DNA of 64,000 nucleotides from Macrotis lagotis (Eukaryota): NCBI RefSeq assembly GCF_037893015.1, contig NC_133658.1, positions 742,274,877 to 742,338,876 of the forward strand, read 5' to 3'. Shown piece by piece: positions 51,053 to 62,716 of this stretch (position 1 is its first letter; each line of letters starts with the position of its first letter). The notes under the pieces were generated by a model. It saw only the letters and a program-made list of their open reading frames with translations, ran no database searches and was not told where the DNA came from. The position numbers and the translations under genes were made by a program.

Positions 51053-51559
51053 GGAAGTGTGGGTAGAAATATCTTAAGCTCAATTGGAAAATAAATATAA
51101 TATGCAGGAAGTGCTTAAGAGGCAAGAATAATACTAGAGATTGAAGAGTCAAGAGTAGGCTTATTTACACTCTCCCCTTAGTCATCAAGATAAGGACAAA
51201 TTTCATTTCTTACCTGCTATTCATCAAGACATTCCCTTGGTTTCCCTCCCATAATCAAGTCTCCTGATATATAACAGTCAGATTCTCAGATATCTAACAG
51301 AGAACTAATGTCTCTCTCTACCCACATTTTATTTTTTACAAATTTATTTTTCCAACTACATGCAAAGATAATTTTCAACATTCGTTTTTGGGGAGGGGTA
51401 AAATTTTGAGTCCACACTTTCTCCCTTCCTTTCCTTCTCCCTTTGACAGTAATCTAATATGTTGTCTCATATAAACTATACTATCACATAGATAACATAC
51501 TATCACATATATTAATATTAGCTTTGTTGTGAAAAAAGAATCAGAATAAAAAACCCACT

Positions 51560-51715
51560 TTTTTAGGGTTTTGTTTCTTGCAAAGCAAATAGGGTTAAGT
51601 GACTTGCCCAAGGCCACACAGCTAGGTAATTATTAAGTGTCTGAGGCTGGATTTGAACTCAGGTCCTCCTGACTCCAGGGCCAGTGCTCTATCCACTGCC
51701 GCCTAGCTGCCCCTA
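51560..51715 (-). mobile_element. MIR-related marsupial SINE.
   Basis: ttttttagggttttgtttcttgcaaagcaaatagggttaagtgacttgcccaaggccacacagctagg...ccactgccgcctagctgcccc. Confidence 0.85.
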
Positions 51716-51924
51716 TTTTTTTTTTTTTTTTTAGGTAAAAGAACCATTTCTAAAAGGTGCTGGATTGGACCTTCCAATCAAAGCACTCTCATCCACCTAT
51801 GCACGTGTAAAATTCTATAGGCTACAGCTATGTGTACGTGTGTGTGGAGACATTCATGTGGGTGGGTAGCCCGCATAATGCTCCCAATGGGCACCGTACA
51901 AACACTAAGATTAAACATCCCATG

Positions 51925-52450
51925 CTGAGTGAGATGAGCAGAACCAGAAGAACACTGTACACCCTAACAGAAACATGGGGGTGATGGTCAACCTTGAAGG
52001 ACTCGCTCATTCCATCAGTGCAACAATCAGGGACAATTTGGGCTGTCTGCAGTGGAGAATACCATCTGTATCCAGAGAAAGAGCCATGGAATTTGAACAA
52101 ATTTCAAGGACAATTACCTTTAATTTAGGGCGAAAAAACTGCTATCTTATTGTCTAATCTTGCTATCTCTCATACTTTATGCTTCTTCCTTAAGGATATG
52201 GTTTCTCTCTTATTACACTTCAATGTACGACATGGAAACAATGTAACAACTGGCAAACTGCCTCCTGTGTGGGGCGGCTGGGTGGCGCAGGGACAGAGCA
52301 CCGGCCCTGTTGTCAGCGAGTGCCTGGGTTCAAATCCGATCTCAGAAACTTCGTAATGACCTAGCTGTGTGGCCTTGGGCAAGCCACTTAACCCTATTTC
52401 CCTTGCAAAAATTGGGGGGACGATTTGTAAAACTCAAAATAAATAAGAGG
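51925..52450 (+). mobile_element. LINE-1 3' end whose tail contains an embedded MIR-like SINE (52270-52445), ending in an A-rich tail.
   Basis: 51925-52265 is collinear with 44740-45120 of the full L1. It is followed by a SINE body (ggctgggtggcgcagggacagagcaccggccctg...) and then 'ttgtaaaactcaaaataaataag', as at 45150-45180. Confidence 0.55.
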
Positions 52451-53110
52451 GGGAAAAAAAGATGAACCATCCCAGGGCTCCTCCAACTTCAAAACTGAAC
52501 CCCGAGGACATTTCCACGTCACCACACGGCCTCCGAACGCCTCCCTTCCCCGCTCCTCAATATGCTGCCCCCCTGGAGTCAAGTAAAGCGAGCGTCCTAC
52601 CGCGGCGGCGCTGGGAGGCCGGGAGACCTTGTGGGCAGCAGATGGGGCGCTGAGCAGCCAGGGCAGAGCCGGCGGCGGGGCGGGGGGCGGGGGGCGGCGG
52701 GGCTCCCCTGGTTCCGAGGCCTAGACCGCTCTCCAGAACAAGGGAAAACAACTGGAACCCGGAAGGCCAGGGCCCGAGGCGGGCCAGGCTCTCCGGCCTC
52801 TCCCCGGAATCTGGGTCCGGCCCGGCTGGAGACCGGGAAGGGGCGGGAGCGCCCCGGCCCCACCCCCGTCCCCGCCCGTGCCCGCCTGGCCCGACGGGCA
52901 CCCGGAGCGTTGATTCTCCCGACAGATGGCCTCTCCTGCCCGATCCAAGCGCTCGGGTACAGGCGGGCGGAGACCCGAGCCAGGGGCACTGAAAACGGGC
53001 ATAATAAATAACAATAGCCAGGAGGAGCGTGAAGACTGGGCAGGTAGAAGAGGCTGGTTGGAGGGCTCCAGACACCAGAGGGTTTCATATTTGATCTTGG
53101 GAAGGGTGGA
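52440..53110. promoter_or_regulatory. CpG island (very GC-rich, with multiple GGGGCGGGG Sp1-type boxes) abutting the ERV 3' LTR.
   Basis: Dense CpG with repeated gggcgggg motifs. All six frames show long overlapping ORFs typical of GC-rich non-coding sequence. Confidence 0.5.
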
Positions 53111-53210
53111 CATGGCCAGACTTGTGATTTAGGAAGGGCACTTCGGTAGCTGGGTGGAGGAAGGACCAACCAGGGGACCGCAGCAACCATCCAAGTATGA
53201 GATGATGTGG

Positions 53211-53287
53211 TGTGCGGGTACTGAGACCCTGACCCAAAGCAAAGAGTTAAGATTTAATTCGGTTCTTGCAAGAAGCAGGGCAGTTCC

Positions 53288-53355
<68 letters not shown>

Positions 53356-53638
53356 AGGAAAAGCCAAATTACAGAAGCTGAAGCAGGGTTAAAAAACCCC
53401 ACAAAACCCACACCCCCCCTTCCCCTCTTTTTTTCCACTGACCCTTACAACAATTGGTCAAAAAGAAGGGGGAGGGGGTTTGCCTGTCTGTCTTTGTTTA
53501 CACCTTATATGGTTCGGGTGACATAATTTTTCTAGCTGGAGATCCGGGTTCCCACTGATTCTTGAGAAATAGAAACTGAGACCTATGGCTCAGACCATTT
53601 TAGCACTGTTTCTGGAAAGTCAGCATTTTTGCCCCTCA
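53211..53638 (-). repeat. ERV 3' LTR (for the minus-strand provirus). Contains a (GA)n expansion absent from the other LTR.
   Basis: ~85-90% identical direct repeat of 58987-59412. On the minus strand it reads TG...CA. A purine-rich PPT-like tract (aataagaggagggattg) sits immediately upstream, at 53639-53660 on the minus strand. Confidence 0.75.
53285..53355. repeat. (GA)n microsatellite inside the ERV 3' LTR.
   Basis: gagagagaga x~35. The homologous position in the 5' LTR reads ctctctgagaaagagagc. Confidence 0.95.
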
Positions 53639-53649
53639 CAATCCCTCCT

Positions 53650-55700
53650 CTTATTATATTCTCTGCTGACTTTTCACCCATTCTATCCCCTGTTCTGCTT
53701 GAAGTTTTGTAATAACTCTTCACAATGCTGTTCAATTTCTTCATCTCCACTATCTCGGCTCACAGGAGTCCAACCTTCTCTCCTTAACATTAGCATTCGG
53801 GCTTGGTCTTCAGCCAGAAGTATTTAAGGGAGGATTTTATGAACTGGACTAGTACCCAACCGTATCATGTATGATGTAGAGGCAGGGAAGATTATCAAGA
53901 CTCCTAATACTAGAAATCCATACCATACCAATTGATGCCACCAACTCCCTCCAAACCAAGCCCACCATGAAGTATTAAAGGGAGAGTTCCAAGTCTGGAC
54001 AGGGACATGGGCTATTTTTCTAATTTCTGTGGTGATCTCCTTCACCAATTTTCCATTGTCATCAATTTTCATACCACAAGTGGACAAATTCAATTTTTCA
54101 CAAACACCCCCTTCCTCAGAACAGATAATCTAACACTAATCTGTGTTCTAGTACAGCTTCCCTAGTTTGGGTGATCTCATCTGCCAATAAGTCCAGTGCC
54201 TTTGTTGTTTGATTAGTTATAATTTCCACTACAGCCTGGAGTCTAATGATTCTATTTAACATATAGATCGGTGTCCTGTATCCTCAACTCCTATCTTGTG
54301 CCCACGTAGCAGGGCCACACTCCTTAATTATCCTTTGTGGGGGCCAGACATTCCTCCAACCACTAGCATCTCCAGTTATTGTTAGAGAAGTATCTATACT
54401 CCGTTTCTGGTTTCCTATGTCATCATATAATTGAACACCTAAAGAACTTATTTGATCTGGGAGGAAAAAGAACTTAGATCTGATTAAACCTATATAGCAG
54501 ATCCCTGTCCAATTTATTGGGAGGTGTATATAGGCTGTTTGCCCACATACCCAATAATGCCCTTTTAGAGCCAGATTCTTTTTCTAGAAAATCCTGGTCT
54601 GATTATACTCTGTTAAACAGGGTAATACTGCATATCCTGATCCCCCAGAGGGCCTCTGTCACACCTCATCTGCCCATCATTTTTGTACTGGCATTTCCAC
54701 AAACTCTTTTTTTTTTTTTGAGGATTTTGCAAGGCAAATAGGGTTAAGTGGTTTGCCCAAGACCACACAGCTAGGTAATTATTAAGTGTCTGAGGTTGGA
54801 TTTGAACTCAGGTACTCCTGACTCCAGAGCAGGTGCTCTATCCACTGCGCCACCTAGCTGCCCAATTGTGGCCCTTCTTCCCAGCTACATCTCTCATTGC
54901 AAGGTTCGCCACCTCTATTTCTGGCACTTCAAAGTAATAATGAACCCTTCCCATCCATTGTGGTTTACCCATCTCCAACCTTGGAGCTGAGTAATTGGGG
55001 ACCATTGTTCTGATTATACTTTTTACACTTTGCTATTGATAGGTCACCTTTACACCTTCCCACTCCACTGAGTATATATTGGCAATGTTTCTCATCCATT
55101 TTGCCAGTATGACATCTAACCCGGTGCCATCATTACACTGTACACGGGTCCTATCCCAAGGGCCTGGTACCCCCCCACAATTTGGCACTAATTGTATATT
55201 GTCAACCTTAGCAGGGAAAGTCCACTTGCAACTACTTTGTCCTAAATCAAGTCCCTTCCCAGTTTGGTTAAGGCAATATCTCCCTGTCACAGATTCTGCC
55301 AGTGGCCATTGGTGTTCTTCCTTCTCATTCCAAAATCCAGTTCCACTATGTACTAAAGACTTCTTAGTCAATAACCAAACAGGTTCAAGTGGAACTGGCA
55401 CCCATGGCCACGTGCTCAATCCTTGAGGCCCCCCACAAATCCAACAGTTACATTGAAAATATTAGCAATGGTTTGAATTAAGTTCTGAAAAGTGTTTTCC
55501 TCTTCAAAGAAGGTGTCTAAAACTGAGGCCTGATATAACAATAGGCTCAAATTTAAGAGGGACACTCTCAGAACATGATATCTAAGGCACATTTCTGCAG
55601 GATTGTAGTCTTGACCAGAGCCTAGAAAGCGAAGGGGGCCAACCCCAGGGAATGACACTATAATTGCACCCAGGAATGGATCCCATGTGGAAATCCCTTA
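53650..55700 (-). pseudogene. ERV env remnant (SU and TM), interrupted by a nested SINE at 54708-54864.
   Basis: Minus ORFs 55033-55419 (SU-like, Cys-rich ...CNDGTGLDVILAKW...), 55416-55658 and 53824-54093 (TM-like, hydrophobic, with W-rich ...WWAWFGGSWWHQL...). Confidence 0.5.
54708..54864 (-). mobile_element. MIR-related marsupial SINE nested inside the ERV env region.
   Basis: ttttttttttttgaggattttgcaaggcaaatagggttaagtggtttgcccaagaccacacagctagg...ccactgcgccacctagctgccc. Confidence 0.85.
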
Positions 55701-55817
55701 AGTTATATACAATTATACCAGCTAGGAAGCAAAGGAGTGATAACAAAATTATAACAAAGGGGAGAATACCAAGAATCCTCCACCTCCTGGACGAGGTGTT
55801 GGGAGAATCCATTTGTC

Positions 55818-57183
55818 CTATACTCGCTTAAAATACAGTTTCAATTCATTTGTGGGTTCAGAGTCCACAGTCCATTCTTTTGGTGGATTCACAAATCTTT
55901 TTACTCTGGTATGGTGGGTCCAACCTTGCTCCTGGGTCCGCATGGCAGCATCTGAGGTCAGGAGAACCTGAAACAGTCCTTCCCAATTAGGAGTCAACTT
56001 CTCCTTCCATGTCAGTATCAACACCCATGTATCAACTTCCCTGACAAACTTATCCTTATTATCTAAACTGGGATCCCATTGTTCAATTGGGCCAAGAAAT
56101 GGATGGCCATATAACATCTCATAAGGAAATAATCCGATGTCCCATCTAGGCTTTGTTCTGATCCTTAACAATGCAAGGGGCAAGCATTTGGTCCAAGGTA
56201 ACTGTGTCTCAAGAGACAACTTTGTTAACTGTCTCTTAATTTCCCGATTCATTCTTTCCACCTTGCCAGAGGAGGGTGGATGCCAGGGAATATGTAGTTC
56301 CTAGGAAATTTCCGAGGCTTGAGCCAGGGACTGGAGAACCTTAGAGGTAAACTGTGTCCCTTGATCTGAATCAATCCTGTCCACCATACCATACTGGGGA
56401 ATTACTTGTTCTAGCAGAATTTTGCTGACCATGGGGGCAGTTGTCCTTGAAAGAGGGAAGGCTTCAGACTCTACCCAGGAGTTCAAATGGTCTACTATGA
56501 CCAACAAGTATTTGAGGCAGCCAACAGGAGGCTGTTAAGTAAAATCCTTCTGTATGCTCTGAAAGGGTCAAATTCCTGGAGGCCATCCCCCTGCTGGGTT
56601 CAGTGCTGGGCAGCCTTATTTGTCCTTTGACAAATGAGACACCCATCTATCAATTGCCTGGCTATTGTATGGAGGCTAGGAGATACATACTTGGCTAAGA
56701 CCGCATCACACAGATTCTGGACTCCCTAATGACTGCCTTGATGTAAAGTCTGCATGACTTGCCTCATACTTGCTTTGTTCAGCACTTCCCAGCCATCAAG
56801 CAAATGCCAAGGCCCCCTGATCGGATTCCTTAGCCCCCAAGTCCAACATTTTCTATTATTCTTATCGGTAAAGGATGGGGGAAGAGGTGCATGAAGGAAT
56901 CTTTGGTAATAACATACCTTTCAGTCCTCCAAGTCATCTTGTCAGCAAGGTGGTTACTCCTAGCTTCAAATGAGTTCCCTGATTGCTGTCCTTTGACATG
57001 TATTACTGCAATAACAGGGGGTTTAAGCAAATTATTTGAAAATTCTCTTATTAGGGCATTGGGGGCCAAATATTTCCCTTTACTATTTATCATTCCTTTC
57101 TCCTCCCATATTTTCCCAAATATGTATACCACTCCTAAAGCATATTTCGAATCAGTATAGATAGTCCCTCCTTTGTTTTCCAA
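55818..57183 (-). pseudogene. ERV pol remnant: RNase H (56830-57183) and integrase (55818-56507). gag, protease and RT are largely deleted.
   Basis: Integrase core/C-terminus ...DSDQGTQFTSKVLQSLAQ... and ERMNREIKRQLTKLSLETQLPWTKCLPLALLRIRTKPRWDIGLFPYEMLYGHPF. RNase H ...TIYTDSKYALGVVYIFGKIWEE...IAVIHVKGQQSG... The internal region is only ~5.3 kb. Confidence 0.65.
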
Positions 57184-58963
57184 TCCTTTTACTGCCTAGT
57201 TCAGTGCATTCAGTTCATAAGTCTGAGCAGACCATCTTTTTGGAAGGTCTCCCGCTTGACAAACTGTATTTTTGTTCCCATCTATTATAGCATATCCATT
57301 CATCCTTCTTCCTTCCACCACCCTCGAGGATCCATCTACAAACCAATCTTCCTGCCTGGAATGGGTGATTCCTGTAAGTCCTCTCTCACTTTAGTCTGGA
57401 AATTCACTTCCAAACAACTGTGTTCTAATTGCTGAGAATCCTTGGGGGAAGCAGACAGAAACTCCGCTGGATTCTGGTTACGATCCTGAGTTAGTATCAA
57501 ATCATCCCTTTCTAAGAGAATTGTTTCATATTTAATATGTGAGAGTCCATTAACCACCTGTCAGCTTTTTGGTTCAAAATTGTCTTCACCTGATGTGATA
57601 CACTCACAGTAAGACCTAATTTCTATAAAAGGGCCACCGCGTGTCTCTGCCCTCCTCTTATTTATGCTAGTACTCCTAAGGCCACCCCTTCTTCTGAATA
57701 AGTAGAATTGTTTGGCTGGGGAGACAGCAACAGTACTGGGCAGAAATCAAAATAGTTTTTAATTGCTTAAAACTCTCTTTACCTTTTGAATCCCATAATA
57801 TCCTATCTTGGTCTTTCCTCTAATAGATATTCATGCAGTGACTTTGCATAGGAGTTGATCCAACTCTTGCAGTGCCCGATCAATCCTAGAAATTTCCTCC
57901 AAGCCTACTTATCCTTAGGCTTGGGGATATAGATAATACATATATATACATATATATATACATACATACATATATATGTATGTATACACACACACACACA
58001 CACACATTCCTTCAGCCTGGAAGGGATCTACCTAAATATTCTACCTCCCTTTCAGTAAATCGCAACTTCTCCCAGGACACTCTAATCCCTTCTACCCCAA
58101 ATCATTTAATGCTCACTTCTAGAAAGAAGGGGGGATTGGTGTTTCAACTAAAGTTGCAATGATGGTAAAGATGCATAGGGCAGAGGGAGAGCAAGAAGGG
58201 GGTCCCGTGGGTAAGGTGGGACCTCTCTTTCCTCCTTTTTCTCCTCCTGTGTTTTACTTATGAATAGCTGGGTGTCTAGGAGTCAGAAAGCTACATATAG
58301 CTCTTTTGGGGCTCAGTGGGTCCCTGTCATTCACAAATAAATTCAACCTTTGACATACCCAATCTTTGGTGAGGCCACATTCAGGCCAAATTACTCCACC
58401 ACCCAAATTTTATCAACCCATATGAAACAACAATATTTACTTAGCTTTTCTCTTATCCTTACTTTGATATTTTGGTGATTGGTCCCAATATTGCAAATGG
58501 CTGCCTAATGGACTGTCCTTTGGTATTTCCTAATCTCCTGCTGCAGCTTTAACTTCAGATTGTTCTTTTCTTTCCCCCATAATTTAGCATGAGGTCTGTC
58601 CAGTCCAGGACTCAATGAATCATCCTAGTCTCCCTACTAGGCTCACAGTGGAGGGGTCGCCCGCCCACCAGCAGTTGCCCTAGAGTGCTCCACGTTCTGA
58701 TGAGTCAGCTTCTCCTTTGGCTCATCAGATTGCTTACCTCTGGGTTATATGTGTATAAGCTGCCTGGTTGCAACTGCACTGCCGGGTTTCCTTTGGGGAA
58801 ATTTTTGGATCCGTTCCTGGTCTTTACTTCCACTGAGTTACTCTGCTTCGGTTGTTTGTCTCAGGGAGGGGTCTCCACAACCAGCATCAAGGACTGTTGG
58901 AGTAAAACTCTGAACAGGCCTGCCCTTGAGCTGAGTCAGGGGTTGTCTCTCCTTAAGACCACT

Positions 58964-58982
58964 ATCCCGAACGAGCCCCCCA
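58964..58982 (-). promoter_or_regulatory. Retroviral primer binding site complementary to the tRNA-Pro 3' end.
   Basis: Minus strand reads TGGGGGGCTCGTTCGGGAT, versus canonical TGGGGGCTCGTCCGGGAT, 4 nt after the LTR end (...gcaca gttt TGGGGGG...). Confidence 0.7.
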
Positions 58983-58986
58983 AAAC

Positions 58987-59412
58987 TGTGCAGAGTATTG
59001 AGACCCTAACCCAAAATGACTAATCGGAGCCCTCTCAAAGCAGCAGCAGAGTTAAAATTTAATTCAGTTCTTGCAAGAAGTGGGGCAGTTCCTAACTCTC
59101 TGAGAAAGAGAGCAGGAAAATTAGAATTACAGAAGCTGAAGCAGGGTTAAAAACCACAAAGACCACAACCCCCTTCCCCCCACCTCTTTTCTGCTGACCC
59201 TTACAACAATTGGTCAAACTTGATGGTCCAAAGAGAAAGGGGGGGGGGTTGCCTGTCTTTGTTTACACCTTATATAGTTCGGGTGACATAATTTTTCTAG
59301 CTGCAGATCCGGGTTCTTACCCTCACCTGATTCTTGAGAAATAGAAACTGAGACCTATGGCTCAGACTAATTTAGCACTATGTTTCTGAAAAGTCAGCAT
59401 TTTGGGCCCTCA
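58987..59412 (-). repeat. ERV 5' LTR (for the minus-strand provirus).
   Basis: Direct repeat of 53211-53638. Followed on the minus strand by a tRNA-Pro-type primer binding site. Confidence 0.75.
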
Positions 59413-59828
59413 GAGGGGCAATGACAGAGGAAGGAAGAGAGCATTAAGGAGAGATGTTAGGAACATATAAACATAGAAGACAGGAGACTGAGGAGTTGAA
59501 GATGACACCCAGGAGGGTGAAACTGGTGACTGGATGGTCATATAGAGAAGTTAGGAAGAGAGATACTCTCTATAGGAAGAGGGGAAGTTTGGAGGAAATA
59601 TGAGTTTAGTTTTGACTACGTTGAGTTGTCCAATTCAAAATATCCAGTGGGTTCTTGGAAATGTGAGAGTGGAGGCCAGGAGAGAGGTTAAGGCTGGCCA
59701 AAACTGAGCATCATCTACATAGTGATGACAGTTGAAATCAAGGGCTCTGATGTGAGATAACCTAAGAACTGGGGGGGGGGGGGGGGGCTGGGGCTAACTT
59801 CACCTACCTGTCAGATAATTGGGAGAGG

Positions 59829-59859
<31 letters not shown>

Positions 59860-60610
59860 CTACCCCTTGGAAAATCTTAGAAGGCTGCCCATCCCTTTCT
59901 GAATGAAGCCCATTCTTCAACCAAACGGAGAAGGGCCCTCCGCAAAACAGCCACCAGCAAGAAAAGCGCCACTCAAACTGGCAAATAAAGCAAAAGCTTA
60001 AGCAAAAACATCACCAATAAAAACTCAAAACCCAATTTAGAGGGCAAGCTCCTTGAAGGTAAGGACTATCTTTTTGTATACACTGCTCTGTCCATTGTTG
60101 ACTTGCTTTTTTTATCGCGGACTCCCGCGATATGGGCCCTATTACCCAGGACAGGTCTCTTGTTTGGGCCTGTTCGCCAATCTCTAAAATGGGGAGAGTG
60201 CCTGTCATGCTCTTTTGGGGCTCTAATGAGATGACATATATGGACGGTGCTTCGGGGGCGTTAAAGCATTGTAGAAACGTCCTTTCGCTCCAGGAGGGCC
60301 AGGCCTTGCTTGACGGCTTCAATCCGGGCCTCGAGACCCGGATCTCGGGGTTAGCGCCTTTCAAGCCTTCTGGATCGCGTTTCGGGGGTTTAGAATCGGC
60401 GGTTGCTAAAGGGAAATTGCTGCTAGAAAAGTTTGTTTCTGGAAACCGTCGTCATTCAGGAAAAGTAAAGGGGCCGCAAACCCCAAGGCCAGCCTCCGCC
60501 CGCCCGCACCCGCCTCCCCAACGCCCGCCTCCTTTCCCGCCTCCCTTTTCCGCACCAGCGGAAGAAGCTCCGAGACTCAGTCAATGACCGGTAACGTCCG
60601 TCGCAGGAGT

Positions 60611-60632
60611 GTCTTCTGGGAAATGTAGTTCG
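60611..60632 (-). promoter_or_regulatory. ZNF143/Staf-binding-site-like motif (minus strand reads cgAACTACATTTCCCAGAAGAC).
   Basis: Matches the ACTACAnnTCCCAGnA extended SBS consensus. Confidence 0.5.
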
Positions 60633-60680
60633 TAACCCCGCCCGCGGCGCCCTGCGCCCGGGACGTAGCAGACACGGGTG

Positions 60681-60707
60681 GACTACATTTCCCAGATGCC
60701 TCGGGTG
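60681..60707 (+). promoter_or_regulatory. ZNF143/Staf-binding-site-like motif (gACTACATTTCCCAGATGCCTCGGG).
   Basis: Matches the ACTACAnnTCCCAGnA consensus. It is inverted relative to the site ~50 bp upstream. Confidence 0.5.
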
Positions 60708-61961
60708 GGGTCCCCCGGAGGGCGGGGCCCCGGCGAGGGTGGAGGCGGGGCTTGGGCAGAGGCGGCGGCTCATTTGTAAATGGAGAGGGAGGCGCCGGCG
60801 GTGGCGGCGACCGCGGTCCGTCTGGGAAGGTGGCCTGAGGGGCCAGAGCGGTACCTGGGCTGGATTCGCAGGTGGGGACCCGGGTCAGTTCTGAGACCCT
60901 CGAGGCTGGGGATAAACAGCTCTGTCCCCTGGGGTCGGAGCCCCGGCTCAGCGGGAGGCCGGGGCTGGGGTGGGGGAGACCCGCGGCGTCCTCTGCGCTG
61001 AGGCCCCGGCTGCCCGTGCTGGGGTGAGGGGCTTGCCCTCCTTTGGGGGCTCACTTTCTGCGCTTTCACGCCAGCCAGTGGTCGCGGAGCCGTTGTGATC
61101 GCTGTCAAGGATTTCGAATCCTTGGCTTAGGGAGAAAAAAGGAAAGTCATCCTTTTCAAACCACAAAGTTAACTTTTCTGCGCCCGGTAGACTCTGAAGA
61201 TGTGATGTTGGCAGCAGATTGTGAGATCGGTGACGGCAAAATGATTGGCTTAATTTTTTTTAAAGGTTGCTTCCCATCCCCAGGTGTGTTGGGGTTTTCA
61301 TGCCAACCCCTTTTTTTTGGGGGGGGGTGATGATGGGTATCATCTGTAAATTTGTTTACACTTCCCTTTAATATCAGTTTGATACATTCCCGCATCAAAG
61401 TAATGCCAGAGTAGACTTTTGCTCCATGCTCCCTCCCTCCTAGTAGACAACCTATACTAATGAAACAAATTACTTAAACATAATTACGTGAAGTAATGGA
61501 CTTTTTAGGATTAAAGCTGGAAGTACATTTCTAGAACAAAACAGGAGGAAAATCACATCTTGCTATATCAGCATATAAAAAAGAAATACAAGGTAATTTC
61601 CCCTAGGTGTAATAAGGATCAGGAAAAGCTTCACACAGGAGAAGGCGGCAAAGAGAGAAACAGTTTCATGCTCTGGAACTTTTGTCAATCTAGTAATGGG
61701 TTCTGTTTTTAAAAGTCACAAAATAATTTTGTAATTTGTGTCTCAGCCTGACTTTTATTGCTTTGAAATTTTGTTTTCAAGTGGTCATTCAAAAGCCATT
61801 TTAAGGTTTACTTTAAATGAAAAATCGTTATCATTGTTCTGGTTGGATGCTTTGATTACATATTAAAAATCAATAATACATAGTAAAGGCTAATTTTTTC
61901 GTGTGTGGTGGTAAAAAGATGAAGGTTTTAACACAGTGAATATTGGTGGTACAGCTCCACA

Positions 61962-62112
61962 TACTTTTTTTTTTTAGGCTTTTTGCAAGGCAAATGGGGT
62001 TAAGTGGCTTGCCCAAGGCCACACAGCTAGGTCATTATTAAGTGTCTGAGACCAGATTTGAACCCAGGTACTCCTGACTCCAGGGCCGGTGCTTTATCCA
62101 CTGCTCCACCTA
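61962..62112 (-). mobile_element. MIR-related marsupial SINE.
   Basis: tttttttttttaggctttttgcaaggcaaatggggttaagtggcttgcccaaggccacacagctagg...ccactgctccacctagcttcccc. Confidence 0.85.
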
Positions 62113-62569
62113 GCTTCCCCCACATACTTTTAAAGCAATTGTTTTGGCCCCTGACTTTACATTGCTTTCTCTAGAAATGAGAACCACTTCAATTAAGTTG
62201 CTTCTTACCTTTAAAACATCAGTTGCTTTGATTTAAACAATATTTTTATAGATCTCAACATGTATTTCCGGTATTTCCAATTCTTTTCTCAAAGTATTGA
62301 TGATATATAGATAAAAGGATTTTTTTTTAAGTCTACAAGTGTTTTTCCTGAACTCTATTTTTCAACATTTTCTTTGCTGTCCTCTCCTTCACTCAGTTTT
62401 TGTATCTGTTATCCAGGGTCAAAGAATATGTTGAATTAATTTGGAAGTTCTGAATGAATTGTTCATAAAATGTCTCTAGTCCTTCATTCTCTACAGCCGA
62501 AGTTATTTTTATTGTTGTCTTTTTGAAATGAAATGACCTAATGTCCCCTGAAATGACATTTCTTGCGGC

Positions 62570-62716
62570 TTTTTGTTTTTGTTTTTAGGTTTTTTTCGAG
62601 GCAAATGGGGTTAAGTGGCTTGCCCAAGGCTAGGTAATTATTACATGTCTGAGGCCGGATTTGAACTCAGGTACTCCTGACTCCAAGGCCGGTGCTCTAT
62701 CCCATGCACCACCTAG
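62570..62716 (-). mobile_element. MIR-related marsupial SINE (internal deletion).
   Basis: tttttgtttttaggtttttttcgaggcaaatggggttaagtggcttgcccaaggctaggtaattattacatgtctgagg...cccatgcaccacctagccaccc. Confidence 0.8.

Larger units (their letters stand above)
60380..61110. promoter_or_regulatory. CpG island with probable bidirectional promoter.
   Basis: High CpG density and GC boxes (ccccgcccgcgg, gggcggggcc), with two inverted ZNF143/Staf-type motifs. Confidence 0.55.

Noticed and set aside
52557-53190. Multiple overlapping 130-200 aa ORFs on both strands
   Set aside because: Extremely GC/CpG-rich segment (CpG island). The ORFs are Arg/Pro/Gly/Ala-rich in all frames and mutually overlapping, which is a compositional artefact rather than coding sequence.
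60132-61330. Overlapping ORFs in the second CpG island (for example 60132-60587 +, 60456-60773 -, 60770-61108 -)
   Set aside because: Same GC-composition artefact. Only the short plus-strand ATG exon candidate at 60780-60873 with a good donor is kept, as a low-confidence note.
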